NCBI GenBank assembly: GCA_039815185.1
Contig: JBCBZT010000001.1
Span: 206,149-270,148 of the forward strand
DNA from: Cyanobacteria bacterium P01_A01_bin.123
GTDB lineage: Bacteria; Cyanobacteriota; Cyanobacteriia; Phormidesmidales; Phormidesmidaceae
Length of the DNA stretch: 64,000 bases
Direction of reading: 5' to 3'
The notes under the pieces were generated by a model, which was not told the DNA's origin, ran no database searches, and saw nothing but the letters and a program-made list of their open reading frames with translations. Shown here piece by piece: positions 1-10,152 of this stretch (position 1 is the stretch's first letter; every line of letters begins with the position of its first letter). Both the position numbers and the translations under genes were made by a program.

Positions 1-594
1 GAAGGCATTGACAGCACCCTGCTGATTTTGAGTCATCGGCTCAAACCTAGCGATAACTTCACCGGTGTTGAAATAGTCAAAGCCTACGGTGATTTACCGC
101 CAGTGGAATGCTACCCCGGTCAGCTGAATCAAGTGTTCATGAATATTTTGGCGAATGGGATTGATGCCTTAGAGGAGTCAGGAGTCAGGCGTCAGACGTT
201 AGAAGTCGATCGTCAGGCATTAGGCGTCAGATCCACCAAGCCCTCATTCTCCTACGCCCCGACTATCACTATCCGCACTCAGCACATCAGCCCCAACCGC
301 ATTCGTATCTGCATTACCGATAACGGTCCCGGTGTTCCTCCAGCGGTGCAGGCCAAGCTATTTGATCCCTTTTTCACGACCAAAGGCGTTGGCAAAGGGA
401 CGGGTTTAGGCCTTTCTATCAGCTATCAGATTATTACCGAGCATCACGGTGGTACCCTGAGCTGCCAGTCAGAACCCTGGCAGGGAACTCAGTTTGTCAT
501 TGAAATCCCGATTCGGCAAGGCGATCGCGAAGATTCTCCCCTCACCGGGAAACCTAATGGGAGAGAAGGGATGATGATATCTTCCCCGACTTAA
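1..594 (+). CDS. Sensor histidine kinase, C-terminal HATPase part (5' partial)
   Basis: Frame is open from base 1 (EGIDSTLLILSH...). Has N box QLNQVFMNILANGIDA, G1 DNGPG and F/G2 FDPFFTTKGVGKGTGLGL. Confidence 0.9.
   Translation, partial: EGIDSTLLILSHRLKPSDNFTGVEIVKAYGDLPPVECYPGQLNQVFMNILANGIDALEESGVRRQTLEVDRQALGVRSTKPSFSYAPTITIRTQHISPNRIRICITDNGPGVPPAVQAKLFDPFFTTKGVGKGTGLGLSISYQIITEHHGGTLSCQSEPWQGTQFVIEIPIRQGDREDSPLTGKPNGREGMMISSPT
174..229. repeat. Eight degenerate tandem heptamers (GGAGTCA-like, STRR-type) inside the kinase gene
   Basis: ggagtca ggagtca ggcgtca gacgtta gaagtcg atcgtca ggcatta ggcgtca. Confidence 0.75.
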
Positions 595-695
595 ATGAGT
601 CAGTTCGCCAAGCTGCCCTGCTGCCCTATCCGCCACTGATCAACGATGGGGCTCCTTAAATTTTGTCTGCACCGCCGTTACTACAGCCATATTGC

Positions 696-3518
696 ATGAA
701 TACCCAAGCCTCAGCTACATCTCAATCCTCTCAAGATCGCACTTTGCTAAACCGAACCAAAGGTTGGCTCAATCATCTCAAGGTTGGTCACAAGATTACC
801 CTAGGCTATGCCATGGCATTGGGCATCGCCCTTGTCGGTACGGTAGCGGGCGTTAGCATGGGTAATCTTTATGAACGCAAGGCATCTGCGGTTCAAGAGG
901 ACGCTATCGAAGAAATTCTTGAGTTAAAACGCTTAGAAACAGCCTTGATCAAAATCGGCGTGAATGAAAGAGATTTAGTCACCTGGCTCGATAATCCTGA
1001 ACAATTTCGAGCAACCTATAACGCCTATCAAGAAAATGTTCTGCAATTTCAAGAAGACTGGTCTGAGCTACTAGAAGAGTATGCAGAAGATACAGAAGCA
1101 GGGGTTGAGAGAGAAGAAGAACTCGAATTTTTGGAGGATTTAATCGAAACCTACGACGGGGTTTTAGAATCCTATTTGCAGGAAGTCAATAGCTTGATCG
1201 CAAGTTTAGAGCTTGCTGAATTACAAGGGGCAAAACTTTCCCAAGCCCGCCAAGACTTAATTGAGTTAAATCGTCGCCCTGCCTCCTTAGCGCTAAAGCA
1301 ATTCTCAGAGCAGCTTTCTGAATTTGTTGAATCGATTGAGACAATCGAGTTAACCGAAGCCAGGGAGGGGGTTGAACAAGCCGCCCAGATCCGGCTCCAG
1401 ATCATCGCCATTAGCATCTTGCTTTCGCTGATTGTTTCAGGGCTACTGGCCTTACGAGCTAGTCGCGCCATTAATCGCCCCCTAAAAGCCCTAGAAGAAA
1501 CCGCATTGCAGGTGACGCAAGACGAAAACTTTGATCTACGGGCCACGGTACTCAGCAAAGATGAGATCGGCACGCTGGCAATGGCGCTGAATCAGCTGAT
1601 CGAATGGGTCGGAACCCATACCCGTTCTCTAAAAGTGACCCAGCAAAATCTAGAGCGTCAGACTCAAGAACTCAATGCCATTATCGACAACTTAGGGGAT
1701 GGGCTGTTGGTCACCGATCCCCAAGGGAGCATTACTCGCTCTAATCCAGCCCTGCGACGCATGTTTGACCTTGAGGACACTACCTTAAGCGGTCAGTCAG
1801 TCGAGACGATTTTTGATGAATGCATTACCCAACTCATCAGCCAAAATCAGGAAGATTCAAAGGCAAACCTGAGCACAGAGTTAGCGCTAGATGCAGACCG
1901 AGTCGGGCAAGCCCGAGTAACAACCATCATCCCTAATACAGAGATAGCTAAAGGGGATGAAGTTCAATCCACAGGTTCTGTCGTCTTGATTCGGGATATT
2001 ACCGCTGAGAAAGAAGTGGATCAAATGAAGACAGACTTTATTTCCACCGTCTCCCACGAGTTGCGGACTCCACTAACTTCGGTGCTGGGTTTTGCCAGGC
2101 TGATTCAGAAAAAACTAGAAGATGCCGTGCTGCCAGCGGTGACCGTCGAAAACAAAAAGACTGAGCGGGCTGTGCGTCAGGTCAGAGAAAACCTGCACAT
2201 CATTTTGTCTGAAGGGGAACGCTTAACCTCACTGATCAACGATGTGCTAGATATCGCCAAGATTGAGGCGGGCAAAATCGAGTGGAATATGCAGCCAATA
2301 GTCGTTTCGGAGATTATTGAACGGGCGATCGCCGCCACATCAGTCCTGGCCCAAAATAGTGACCTGGCGATCATTCGCGATATCGAACCCGAGTTACCAG
2401 AAGTCATAGGCGATCGCGATCGCTTGTTGCAAGTGGTGATTAACCTACTTTCCAACGCCATCAAATTTACCGACAGCGGTTCAGTCACCTGCCGGGCCTA
2501 CCCACAAGATGATGGCATTACCATTAGCGTCATTGATACTGGCATGGGTCTAGCCACGGAGGATGTCGATAAAGTCTTCGAGAAATTCAAGCAAGTAGGC
2601 GAAGTCATGACCGATAAGCCCAAAGGCACAGGTCTAGGGTTGCCCATCTGTAAGCAAATCGTTGAACACCACGGCGGGCGGATCTGGGCTGAAAGTAAAC
2701 TGGGTCACGGCAGCACCTTCTCCTTTACGTTACCTTTAAGCATTGCACCAGAAGCTGAGGTTGCTAAAATCAACCTGCAAAGTCTGGTACAGCAACTCAA
2801 AGAGAATGTAGGCCGCGCCGTCACGCCAGATGAGAAAACCCAGAAAACGATTCTGGTCGTCGATGATGAACCCCACATTCGCAAACTGCTACGTCAAGAG
2901 CTAGAGTCCGCGGGTTATCAAGTAAAAGAAGCTAAAGACGGTATGGATGCCCTCAAGCAGGTCAAGCTTACCCCCCCGGATTTAGTCATCATGGATGTGA
3001 TGATGCCCAACATCAATGGTTTCGACCTAGCTGCCGTGCTGAAGAACAACCCCGCCACTATGGATATTCCCACCATTGTGCTTTCGATTATTCAAGATCA
3101 AGAGCGGGGCTATCGTCTGGGCGTCGATCGCTATCTGAGTAAGCCTATCGATACCAACGTATTACTACGGGATATCAAAACCCTCTTGTCTAAGGGAACG
3201 TCCAGTCGCAAAGTTTTGGTGGTCGACGTAGACACCTCCACAACCAAAACCCTAACCGAGGTGTTGATTTCAAAGGGGTATACCGTCACCGAAGCAACCA
3301 GTGGTCACGAGGGTATTGAAAAAGCCCTCTCGCTTAAGCCCGACATGATTATCGTCGATTCGGCCATTTCCACTGAGCACAACCTAGTCAAAACCCTGCG
3401 GTTCGACAACGGTTTAGAAAATATCTTTTTCATCATGGTGAATCAGTTGCCGCCCGGACAGAACCCGCAAACTGACAATCGTGAACTAACCGTTACGTCT
3501 GGCGACGTCGTGATGTGA
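696..3518 (+). CDS. Membrane hybrid histidine kinase (TM-sensor-TM-HAMP-PAS-HisKA-HATPase-REC-degenerate REC)
   Basis: Two hydrophobic segments, H box VSHELRTPL, NLLSNAIKFT, GTGLGL, REC with VVDDE/MDVMMP/KP. The second REC is degenerate. ORF track starts at 663; ATG at 696 preferred. Confidence 0.9.
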   Translation: MNTQASATSQSSQDRTLLNRTKGWLNHLKVGHKITLGYAMALGIALVGTVAGVSMGNLYERKASAVQEDAIEEILELKRLETALIKIGVNERDLVTWLDNPEQFRATYNAYQENVLQFQEDWSELLEEYAEDTEAGVEREEELEFLEDLIETYDGVLESYLQEVNSLIASLELAELQGAKLSQARQDLIELNRRPASLALKQFSEQLSEFVESIETIELTEAREGVEQAAQIRLQIIAISILLSLIVSGLLALRASRAINRPLKALEETALQVTQDENFDLRATVLSKDEIGTLAMALNQLIEWVGTHTRSLKVTQQNLERQTQELNAIIDNLGDGLLVTDPQGSITRSNPALRRMFDLEDTTLSGQSVETIFDECITQLISQNQEDSKANLSTELALDADRVGQARVTTIIPNTEIAKGDEVQSTGSVVLIRDITAEKEVDQMKTDFISTVSHELRTPLTSVLGFARLIQKKLEDAVLPAVTVENKKTERAVRQVRENLHIILSEGERLTSLINDVLDIAKIEAGKIEWNMQPIVVSEIIERAIAATSVLAQNSDLAIIRDIEPELPEVIGDRDRLLQVVINLLSNAIKFTDSGSVTCRAYPQDDGITISVIDTGMGLATEDVDKVFEKFKQVGEVMTDKPKGTGLGLPICKQIVEHHGGRIWAESKLGHGSTFSFTLPLSIAPEAEVAKINLQSLVQQLKENVGRAVTPDEKTQKTILVVDDEPHIRKLLRQELESAGYQVKEAKDGMDALKQVKLTPPDLVIMDVMMPNINGFDLAAVLKNNPATMDIPTIVLSIIQDQERGYRLGVDRYLSKPIDTNVLLRDIKTLLSKGTSSRKVLVVDVDTSTTKTLTEVLISKGYTVTEATSGHEGIEKALSLKPDMIIVDSAISTEHNLVKTLRFDNGLENIFFIMVNQLPPGQNPQTDNRELTVTSGDVVM

Positions 3519-3550
3519 TTTTCCCTGTTTGATTCTCTCTTTTGCCTATT

Positions 3551-3931
3551 ATGAACAAAAGCATTTTGATTGTTGATGACGAAGCCTACATCCGCGTGCT
3601 GATGGAACAAACCCTAGAAGATCTTGAAGACGAAGGGGTTGAACTGCTGACAGCCTCAAATGGGGCAGAGGCATTAGCGCTGATCCAGACCGAAAAACCT
3701 GATCTGGTTTTTCTAGACGTGATGATGCCTAAAATGAACGGATTTGAAGTGTGCCAGGCCGTCAAACAAGATACGACTATCCAAAACACCTACATCATCA
3801 TGCTGACAGCTAAAGGCCAGGAATTTGACCAACAGCAGGGGCACGAAGTTGGTGCAGACTTGTACATGACCAAGCCCTTCGATCCTGATCAGGTGTTGGC
3901 CACAGCCACACAGATTTTAGTGCATGGATAG
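3551..3931 (+). CDS. Single-domain response regulator
   Basis: ILIVDDE, FLDVMMP, MLTAKG, TKPF. ORF track starts at 3542. Confidence 0.9.
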   Translation: MNKSILIVDDEAYIRVLMEQTLEDLEDEGVELLTASNGAEALALIQTEKPDLVFLDVMMPKMNGFEVCQAVKQDTTIQNTYIIMLTAKGQEFDQQQGHEVGADLYMTKPFDPDQVLATATQILVHG

Positions 3932-4163
3932 GGCCTTAGGGGCTGGTATGAATCTCATCCCCAACTTAATAATAGACATGCAAATGCCCGTCATGAACGG
4001 CTATGAGGCAACTCAGCAGATCAAAGTCCGACGCCAGGGACAGGCAACTACCATCATTGCCTTGACCGTCAGCATCTTAGAAGAGGAGGATTTGTTTGTG
4101 CTTGCTGTCGGGTGCGATGATTTTGTTAGCTCACAATACGCATTTTCTCGCTGGCTAAGATGA
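3924..4163 (+). pseudogene. Receiver-domain fragment
   Basis: IDMQMPVMNGYEATQQIK...IIALT...GCDDFV is present. The N-terminal acidic strand and the KP motif are missing. Confidence 0.7.
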
Positions 4164-4167
4164 CCGC

Positions 4168-4197
4168 AAATTAACCATTATTAAATTAACCATTATT
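4168..4197. repeat. 15-bp tandem duplication abutting the dispersed repeat
   Basis: AAATTAACCATTATT x2. Confidence 0.85.
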
Positions 4198-4304
4198 TAT
4201 AGCGGTAGCCACAAAGCTTTGTGCGCTACCGCGAGCTAGATTGCTTGTGGACTCAGCATCCTGACGATGCTCGGTGCATTAAGCAATCTGGCCAGCGCTA
4301 TAAC
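4196..4304 (-). repeat. ~109-bp structured dispersed repeat (MITE-like), copy 1
   Basis: Reverse complement closely matches 59281-59389 and 14790-14898; ends TATAGC...GCTATA. Confidence 0.85.
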
Positions 4305-4336
4305 TTAAAAATTTAGACATACGGCTAGCGTTACCC

Positions 4337-6553
4337 ATGCAACATTCCGTTGATGACCCTATTTCTTCATCAAGTACTGGCCGTAAATCTAAGTCAGTAT
4401 CCACCAATAACAAGATTCTGGTGATCGATGACTCTCCGGGCAATCTCCGAGTACTCTCTGTAGCCCTAGCTCACCACGATTATGACGTGCGCTGTGCCAA
4501 AAGCGGAGCCATGGCTTTTCAGTCGATGGCGCAAGAGCTCCCCAATTTAATCCTGCTGGATATCCGTATGCCCGACATAGATGGCTATACGGTTTGTCGG
4601 CAGATCAAAGCTAATCCCATGACTCAAGAAATCCCCGTGATTTTCATCAGCGCTTCGGATGAAGTTCTAGATAAAGTCCAAGCTTTTGCCAGTGGTGGTG
4701 TTGACTACATTGCCAAACCCTTTCAGATAGAAGAGGTTTTGGTCCGAGTCAGAAATCAACTGGAACTGCAATCAACTCGGGCCAGACTTGATCAACTCAA
4801 CAATGAGCTTGAACAACGAGTGTTACTCCGCACGCAGCAACTCCAATCGGTGAATCAACGACTTAAGGCCAGTGAAGAGAGGTTAGAAAGCATTTTAGAT
4901 ACGCTCGAAGATGTGGTTTGGTCAGCGTCGATCGATCCGTTTCAAATCTTGTATCTCAACCCAGCCGCTGCAACCCTTTATCAACGCCCCATAGAAGATT
5001 TCTTAATGAATAGTAATCTGTGGTTCGAGGTGATTCATCCTAGCAATCGGGCGGAGGTGATGGAGTCTATCAGAACGATTGCAAGTCGAGGTAATCTCGA
5101 TATTGAATACCGCATTCTCTGCCATAGTGGGGAAACTCGTTGGGTGCGAAATCGCAGTCGCCTAATTGCCACCGACGATGCTTTGCCGCTTCGGATAGAA
5201 GGCATTATCTCTGACATCAGCGATCGCAAACGGGCAGAACAGCAACTCATGCATGATGCTCTGCATGACGCTCTCACCCAACTCCCGAATCGCACCCTGT
5301 TTATTGAGCGCATTGAGCGTGCCTTGAAGCGCAAAAATCGGCAGCCAGACTATACCTTTGCCATTCTTTTTATTGATCTGGATCGCTTCAAAGTTGTCAA
5401 CGATAGCTTAGGTCATGGGGTAGGCGATCGCCTCCTAGTCGAAGTTGCCAAGCGCCTACTGCAATGCACTCGCCCAGAAGATACCGTTGCCCGTTTGGGA
5501 GGGGATGAATTTACCGTCCTATTAGATGAGATTACCGATACGGCTAATGTCATTACCTGTGTGCGGCGAATTCAGACTGAACTCAGCTTACCCCTTAACA
5601 TCGCTGGAAACACCGTATTTACAAGCGCTAGCATTGGCATTGCCATCGCCACTGAGGCTTACACAGCCGCATCAGACCTGCTACGGGATGCCGATATTGC
5701 CATGTATCGTGCCAAAGAAACTCGAAAATTTGGCTATGAGTTGTTTGACCAAGTCATGTATGCCCAAACAATGCGGCGTTTAAAGCTAGAGAACGATCTT
5801 CGCATCAGTCTAGAACGCCAGGAATTTCAACTCTACTACCAGCCAATTATCTCGCTGTCAGACCAGAAAATTTTAGGATTTGAAGCGCTACTACGATGGC
5901 AACATCCTGAAGAAGGCATGATTAGCCCTGTTGAATTTATCAATATTGCCGAGGAAACAGGGCTGATTGTTCCCCTGGGCGACTGGATTTTAGCGCAAGC
6001 CTGCCGCCAAGTCCGGCAATGGCAACAAGCTTATGAAAATCACCGTCACCTGAAAGTCAATATCAACGTTGCCAGCCAACAAATCCGTGAGCCAACCTTA
6101 CTCGACACGTTAGACGAGATCCTACGTGATGTTGGCCTGTCGGGAAATTATCTGCGTCTGGAAATTACAGAAGGCACGCTAATGCAGCAGACGGAAACCA
6201 CTATCAAAACCCTGAGGCAAATTCGCCAACGGGATATTCAAATCAGCATTGATGATTTTGGTACCGGCTATTCATCTCTCAGCTATCTCAGCCGATTTCC
6301 GATTAATAATCTCAAAATCGATCAATCCTTTGTGAGTCGGATGCATCTTGATCCAGATAGCTTTGAAATTGTGCGAACCATTACGGCCCTAGCCCATACC
6401 TTAGGGATGGATGTAACCGCTGAGGGCATTGAGCTCATCGAGCAGCTTGATCAACTCAATGTGCTGGGTTGTGAGTTAGGCCAGGGCTATTTTTTCTCAC
6501 ACCCCTTAGAAGCTACTGCTGCTGAAACGCTGTTGGCCACTTGGTCTCGTTAA
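4337..6553 (+). CDS. REC-PAS-GGDEF-EAL diguanylate cyclase/phosphodiesterase
   Basis: REC (VIDDS, LLDIRMP), PAS/PAC, RLGGDEF, EALLRW, DDFGTGYSSL, AEGIE. Confidence 0.92.
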   Translation: MQHSVDDPISSSSTGRKSKSVSTNNKILVIDDSPGNLRVLSVALAHHDYDVRCAKSGAMAFQSMAQELPNLILLDIRMPDIDGYTVCRQIKANPMTQEIPVIFISASDEVLDKVQAFASGGVDYIAKPFQIEEVLVRVRNQLELQSTRARLDQLNNELEQRVLLRTQQLQSVNQRLKASEERLESILDTLEDVVWSASIDPFQILYLNPAAATLYQRPIEDFLMNSNLWFEVIHPSNRAEVMESIRTIASRGNLDIEYRILCHSGETRWVRNRSRLIATDDALPLRIEGIISDISDRKRAEQQLMHDALHDALTQLPNRTLFIERIERALKRKNRQPDYTFAILFIDLDRFKVVNDSLGHGVGDRLLVEVAKRLLQCTRPEDTVARLGGDEFTVLLDEITDTANVITCVRRIQTELSLPLNIAGNTVFTSASIGIAIATEAYTAASDLLRDADIAMYRAKETRKFGYELFDQVMYAQTMRRLKLENDLRISLERQEFQLYYQPIISLSDQKILGFEALLRWQHPEEGMISPVEFINIAEETGLIVPLGDWILAQACRQVRQWQQAYENHRHLKVNINVASQQIREPTLLDTLDEILRDVGLSGNYLRLEITEGTLMQQTETTIKTLRQIRQRDIQISIDDFGTGYSSLSYLSRFPINNLKIDQSFVSRMHLDPDSFEIVRTITALAHTLGMDVTAEGIELIEQLDQLNVLGCELGQGYFFSHPLEATAAETLLATWSR

Positions 6554-6634
6554 TGAGCGTTAACCTGCGTCCAGAACCCAACGTGGAAACGGTTGATACC
6601 TCAATAACACTTGGGGAATTGCGTTTGGCTGGGG

Positions 6635-8023
6635 TCAAGGTTTAGAACAAGCGTTAACTAATTTTTCGGGTAACTCAATCCGGTGCCCCCATTGCAGGTG
6701 AATGTAGGACGCGTGGACATTATGAGAAGCCCAGCCTTCTGAGTTGATCGGACTTTGGGGATGATAGCCACGCGTTTCGTAAAGTGGAGCAGGGGGAGAA
6801 TGGCTGAGGTGAGAGCGATGAAATTCGTGTCCCCAAACTTCAGCACCTGAATTCACGAGGGGGGTGTCTTGTTGGGCGATCGCGCGTCGATAGCCCAATA
6901 CTAAGCGATCGCCCATAATTGCGTCTGTCGCTAAACTGCCTGCCATAGCCCAGGATTTACCTTCAAAATCGGTGAGGGAGTGACACAGGTACATCAAGCC
7001 ACCACATTCGGCGTAGGTGGGCAGTCCAGCGGCGATCGCAGCACGGACGGCTTCACGGCCAGGTTGGTTATCGCTCAAGGCATCTGCAAAAACTTCGGGG
7101 AACCCCCCGCCAAAATATAACCCCCGGGTGCCTGGGGGTAAAGCAACCTCATCCAGGGGACTCCAAGGGATCAATTCGGCTCCCAGCCGTTCTAATGTGG
7201 TGAGATTGTCGGCATAGTAAAAGCTAAAAGCGCGATCGCGGGCAACGGCAATACGTGGACGGGGGTTTGGAAGTTCTACCGCCGCTGGCCGTGAATGATG
7301 GGGCACGGGCGCAGTTGGATGCACCTGCATTGGATGTGCCTGTAACAGTGGCGTCAACTGTGACCAGTCAAAGCAAGTGCGTCCCAGTTCTGCCAGTTGA
7401 GCCACAATGTGAGCAAAGTCTTGCAGCTCGGCAGTCGGCACCAACCCGAGGTGACGATCGGGTAAAGCAATCGCCTTGTGGCGGCGCAACACGCCCAAAA
7501 TGGGTAGGTGGATTGCTGCTAAAGCGGCTTGCAGCAGTTCTAGATGCCGATCGCTGGCGACTCGATTTAACACTACTCCCACTAGATTAATCTGGGGATC
7601 TAGGGTGCGAAATCCGTGGGCGATCGCTGCCACAGAGCCCGACAAGCGACTGCAATCGAGCACCAACAGCACAGGTACGTCTAGTAGACGGGCAATGTGG
7701 GCTGTGCTGCCCCAGGCATCGGTTGCAGAAGCACCACTAGCGGCCCCGTCAAACAACCCCATGACACCTTCAATTAAGCAAAAATCAGCCCCATAGCCCT
7801 GCTGCTGATAGCACTGACACACATAAGCTTCGCTGGTGAGCACTGGGTCTAGGTTAAAGCTGGGTCGCCCAGTGACCGCTTGGTGAAACATGGGGTCGAT
7901 GTAGTCTGGGCCGACCTTAAAGGCTTGGATGGACTGTCTTCGTTGGGCGATCGCGGCCAGCAGTGCCAGGGTTACCGTGGTTTTACCCACTCCACTTCGT
8001 TCCCCCGCCACGATCAACCCCAT
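6635..8023 (-). CDS. cbiA: Cobyrinate a,c-diamide synthase (CbiA/CobB)
   Basis: SGVGKTT, FKVGPDYIDP, IEGVMGLFDG, GATase motifs AECGGLMYL and GHEFH. Confidence 0.93.
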   Translation of the reverse strand: MGLIVAGERSGVGKTTVTLALLAAIAQRRQSIQAFKVGPDYIDPMFHQAVTGRPSFNLDPVLTSEAYVCQCYQQQGYGADFCLIEGVMGLFDGAASGASATDAWGSTAHIARLLDVPVLLVLDCSRLSGSVAAIAHGFRTLDPQINLVGVVLNRVASDRHLELLQAALAAIHLPILGVLRRHKAIALPDRHLGLVPTAELQDFAHIVAQLAELGRTCFDWSQLTPLLQAHPMQVHPTAPVPHHSRPAAVELPNPRPRIAVARDRAFSFYYADNLTTLERLGAELIPWSPLDEVALPPGTRGLYFGGGFPEVFADALSDNQPGREAVRAAIAAGLPTYAECGGLMYLCHSLTDFEGKSWAMAGSLATDAIMGDRLVLGYRRAIAQQDTPLVNSGAEVWGHEFHRSHLSHSPPAPLYETRGYHPQSPINSEGWASHNVHASYIHLQWGHRIELPEKLVNACSKP

Positions 8024-8029
8024 TATCTT

Positions 8030-9598
8030 TTAGTCCACGGCAAACGTTTCAACACCAGATTGGTCAGCCTTAGAGAGGGCCGTTGTCCCCACGGTGGGTT
8101 GTAGCAGCGGCGTCCGCAAAATGGAATCATTGGCTAACGTGAACAATGGATTCGACAAAATGCCTGCTAATGAAGTGGCAACCACCGCCAATACCAAGCT
8201 CACCTGGAGGGGACGCATTCCCGGCAGTTCCCAGCGAATTTCAGGATAATTTTTCACTGCGTCAGACATTTCTTGGGGTTCTTTCACCACCATCATCTTG
8301 ATAACGCGAATGTAGTAATAAATCGAAATGACGCTGGTAAATAACCCCACCAGCACGAGGCCATAGGCCTCTGCTTGCCAACCCGCCCAAAAAATATAAA
8401 GCTTGCCAAAAAAGCCAGCCAGGGGTGGAATCCCGCCAAGCGAAAGCAAGCATACGGTCAATCCCAAGGTCAGCAGCGGGTCTTTTTGATACAAACCGCT
8501 ATATTCGCTGATTTGGTCAGTCCCTGTTCTCAAGGAGAACAGAATCACGCAGGTAAACCCGCCCAGGTTCATAAATAGGTAAATCAGCAGATAAAACACC
8601 ATGCTGGCGTAACCCGCATCAGTACCCACGATCAACCCAATCATCACAAATCCGGCCTGCCCGATAGAAGAGTAGGCCAACATCCGCTTCATACTGGTTT
8701 GGGCCAGGGCGACTACATTACCTAGCACCATGCTGAGAATGGCCAAGGCCGTGAACACAAAGTGCCATTGCTCAGACACCAAGGGAAATGCAGTGACCAG
8801 TAGGCGAATAGCTAGGGCAAAGCCAGCCGCCTTAGACCCGACCGACAAGAAGGCCACCACTGGGGTGGGGGAGCCCTCATAAACATCGGGTGTCCACTGG
8901 TGGAAGGGCACAGCCGCAATTTTGAAGGCGATACCCGCAATCACAAACACCAAGGCCACCACCAAACCGATGGGTGCCTCGCTGCCATCCGCGAAAATAT
9001 TGGCCGCGATCGCAGACAATTCCGTCTCGCCACCCGACAACCCGTAAAGCAAAGAAATGCCGTACAGGAAAATTGCCGAACTCGCTGCCCCAATCAGCAA
9101 GTACTTCAAGGCCGCTTCGTTAGAGCGCGGATCCCGCTTCATGTATCCCGTTAGCAGATACGACGAAATACTCAGGGTTTCCAACGACACAAAGATCATG
9201 ACCAACTCATCAGCGCCAGAGAGGAACATGCCCCCTAGGGTAGCCGTGAGCAAAATCACCAAAAACTCTGCCAGAGAGGTGCCCGATTGCTCAATATAGC
9301 GAATAGACATAGGCACCGTTGTCGCCGCTGCCAGGGCAATAATGCCCCGAAATACGACACTTAAGTCATCACCGTTGAAGGCGCCTAAGAAGGCCACAGG
9401 TGAGGTCGCACCCCACTGAAAGGCGAGGGCTACGACGGCGGTAATTAAACCCGCGATCGCCACATAAGGCGTCCATTTGGCAGAACTGCGACCCACAATC
9501 AGGTCGCCGACTAAGATCACAAGCAACGTCACGATGACAATGCCCTCAGGCAAAATCGCCCCGGCGTTGAGTTGGGCAGTGAGATTGGCAAAATCCAT
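8030..9598 (-). CDS. ndhB: NAD(P)H-quinone oxidoreductase subunit 2 (NdhB/NuoN)
   Basis: Polytopic; [52 protein letters not shown]. Confidence 0.96.
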   Translation of the reverse strand: MDFANLTAQLNAGAILPEGIVIVTLLVILVGDLIVGRSSAKWTPYVAIAGLITAVVALAFQWGATSPVAFLGAFNGDDLSVVFRGIIALAAATTVPMSIRYIEQSGTSLAEFLVILLTATLGGMFLSGADELVMIFVSLETLSISSYLLTGYMKRDPRSNEAALKYLLIGAASSAIFLYGISLLYGLSGGETELSAIAANIFADGSEAPIGLVVALVFVIAGIAFKIAAVPFHQWTPDVYEGSPTPVVAFLSVGSKAAGFALAIRLLVTAFPLVSEQWHFVFTALAILSMVLGNVVALAQTSMKRMLAYSSIGQAGFVMIGLIVGTDAGYASMVFYLLIYLFMNLGGFTCVILFSLRTGTDQISEYSGLYQKDPLLTLGLTVCLLSLGGIPPLAGFFGKLYIFWAGWQAEAYGLVLVGLFTSVISIYYYIRVIKMMVVKEPQEMSDAVKNYPEIRWELPGMRPLQVSLVLAVVATSLAGILSNPLFTLANDSILRTPLLQPTVGTTALSKADQSGVETFAVD

Positions 9599-10152
9599 AT
9601 ATTTTCGGCGATCGGGACAGTAAGGTCTCAGGGATAATGCTAAGGCAAATTCTGATCCGCAATGACAGCAGCCCTAGATAGAACGGGCTCTGAGAGCAAA
9701 TTCAAATTAGACAGCCTTACATTGAGTTTCTTAACTTCAGTGTATTCGCTTTGGATTTTACCGCGGATCTTTGCGTAACCTGAGATCCATGGGGTGTATT
9801 TTCCTGATTTTCTTTAATCTCCCGCTCAAGTAGACCACAATAAGGCCGTGGCAAGGTTAAACCGCGTTGCCAGAGCAGTAAGTAGGACTCGCAACCACAC
9901 AAACCACGATGTCAATTGCTATAAGTGAGAAAAAATGCGGCGATCGCACTGCGGGCACAATTGCTGTGGACGGGAGTCTCGCTTTCGAGATATCGGTATA
10001 TATATGATATCTGGGTAGATTCATAGGTATGGTATCTGAGCAGGCTCCCAAATCTGCCCTAGATTATTGAGATTCTCAAGCAACCCTTGACATTAGCCAA
10101 GGATTGAAATCTGAATTAGTTTTGAATAACCGTCTGAAACCTCTGCAGCCCT

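Noticed and set aside
521..528. Frequent GCGATCGC as a novel repeat
   Set aside because: This is HIP1, a well-known cyanobacterial octamer; used only as taxonomic evidence.
9599..10152. Short ORFs or ncRNA between ndhB and topA
   Set aside because: Adequately explained as a divergent promoter region; no recognisable RNA motif.
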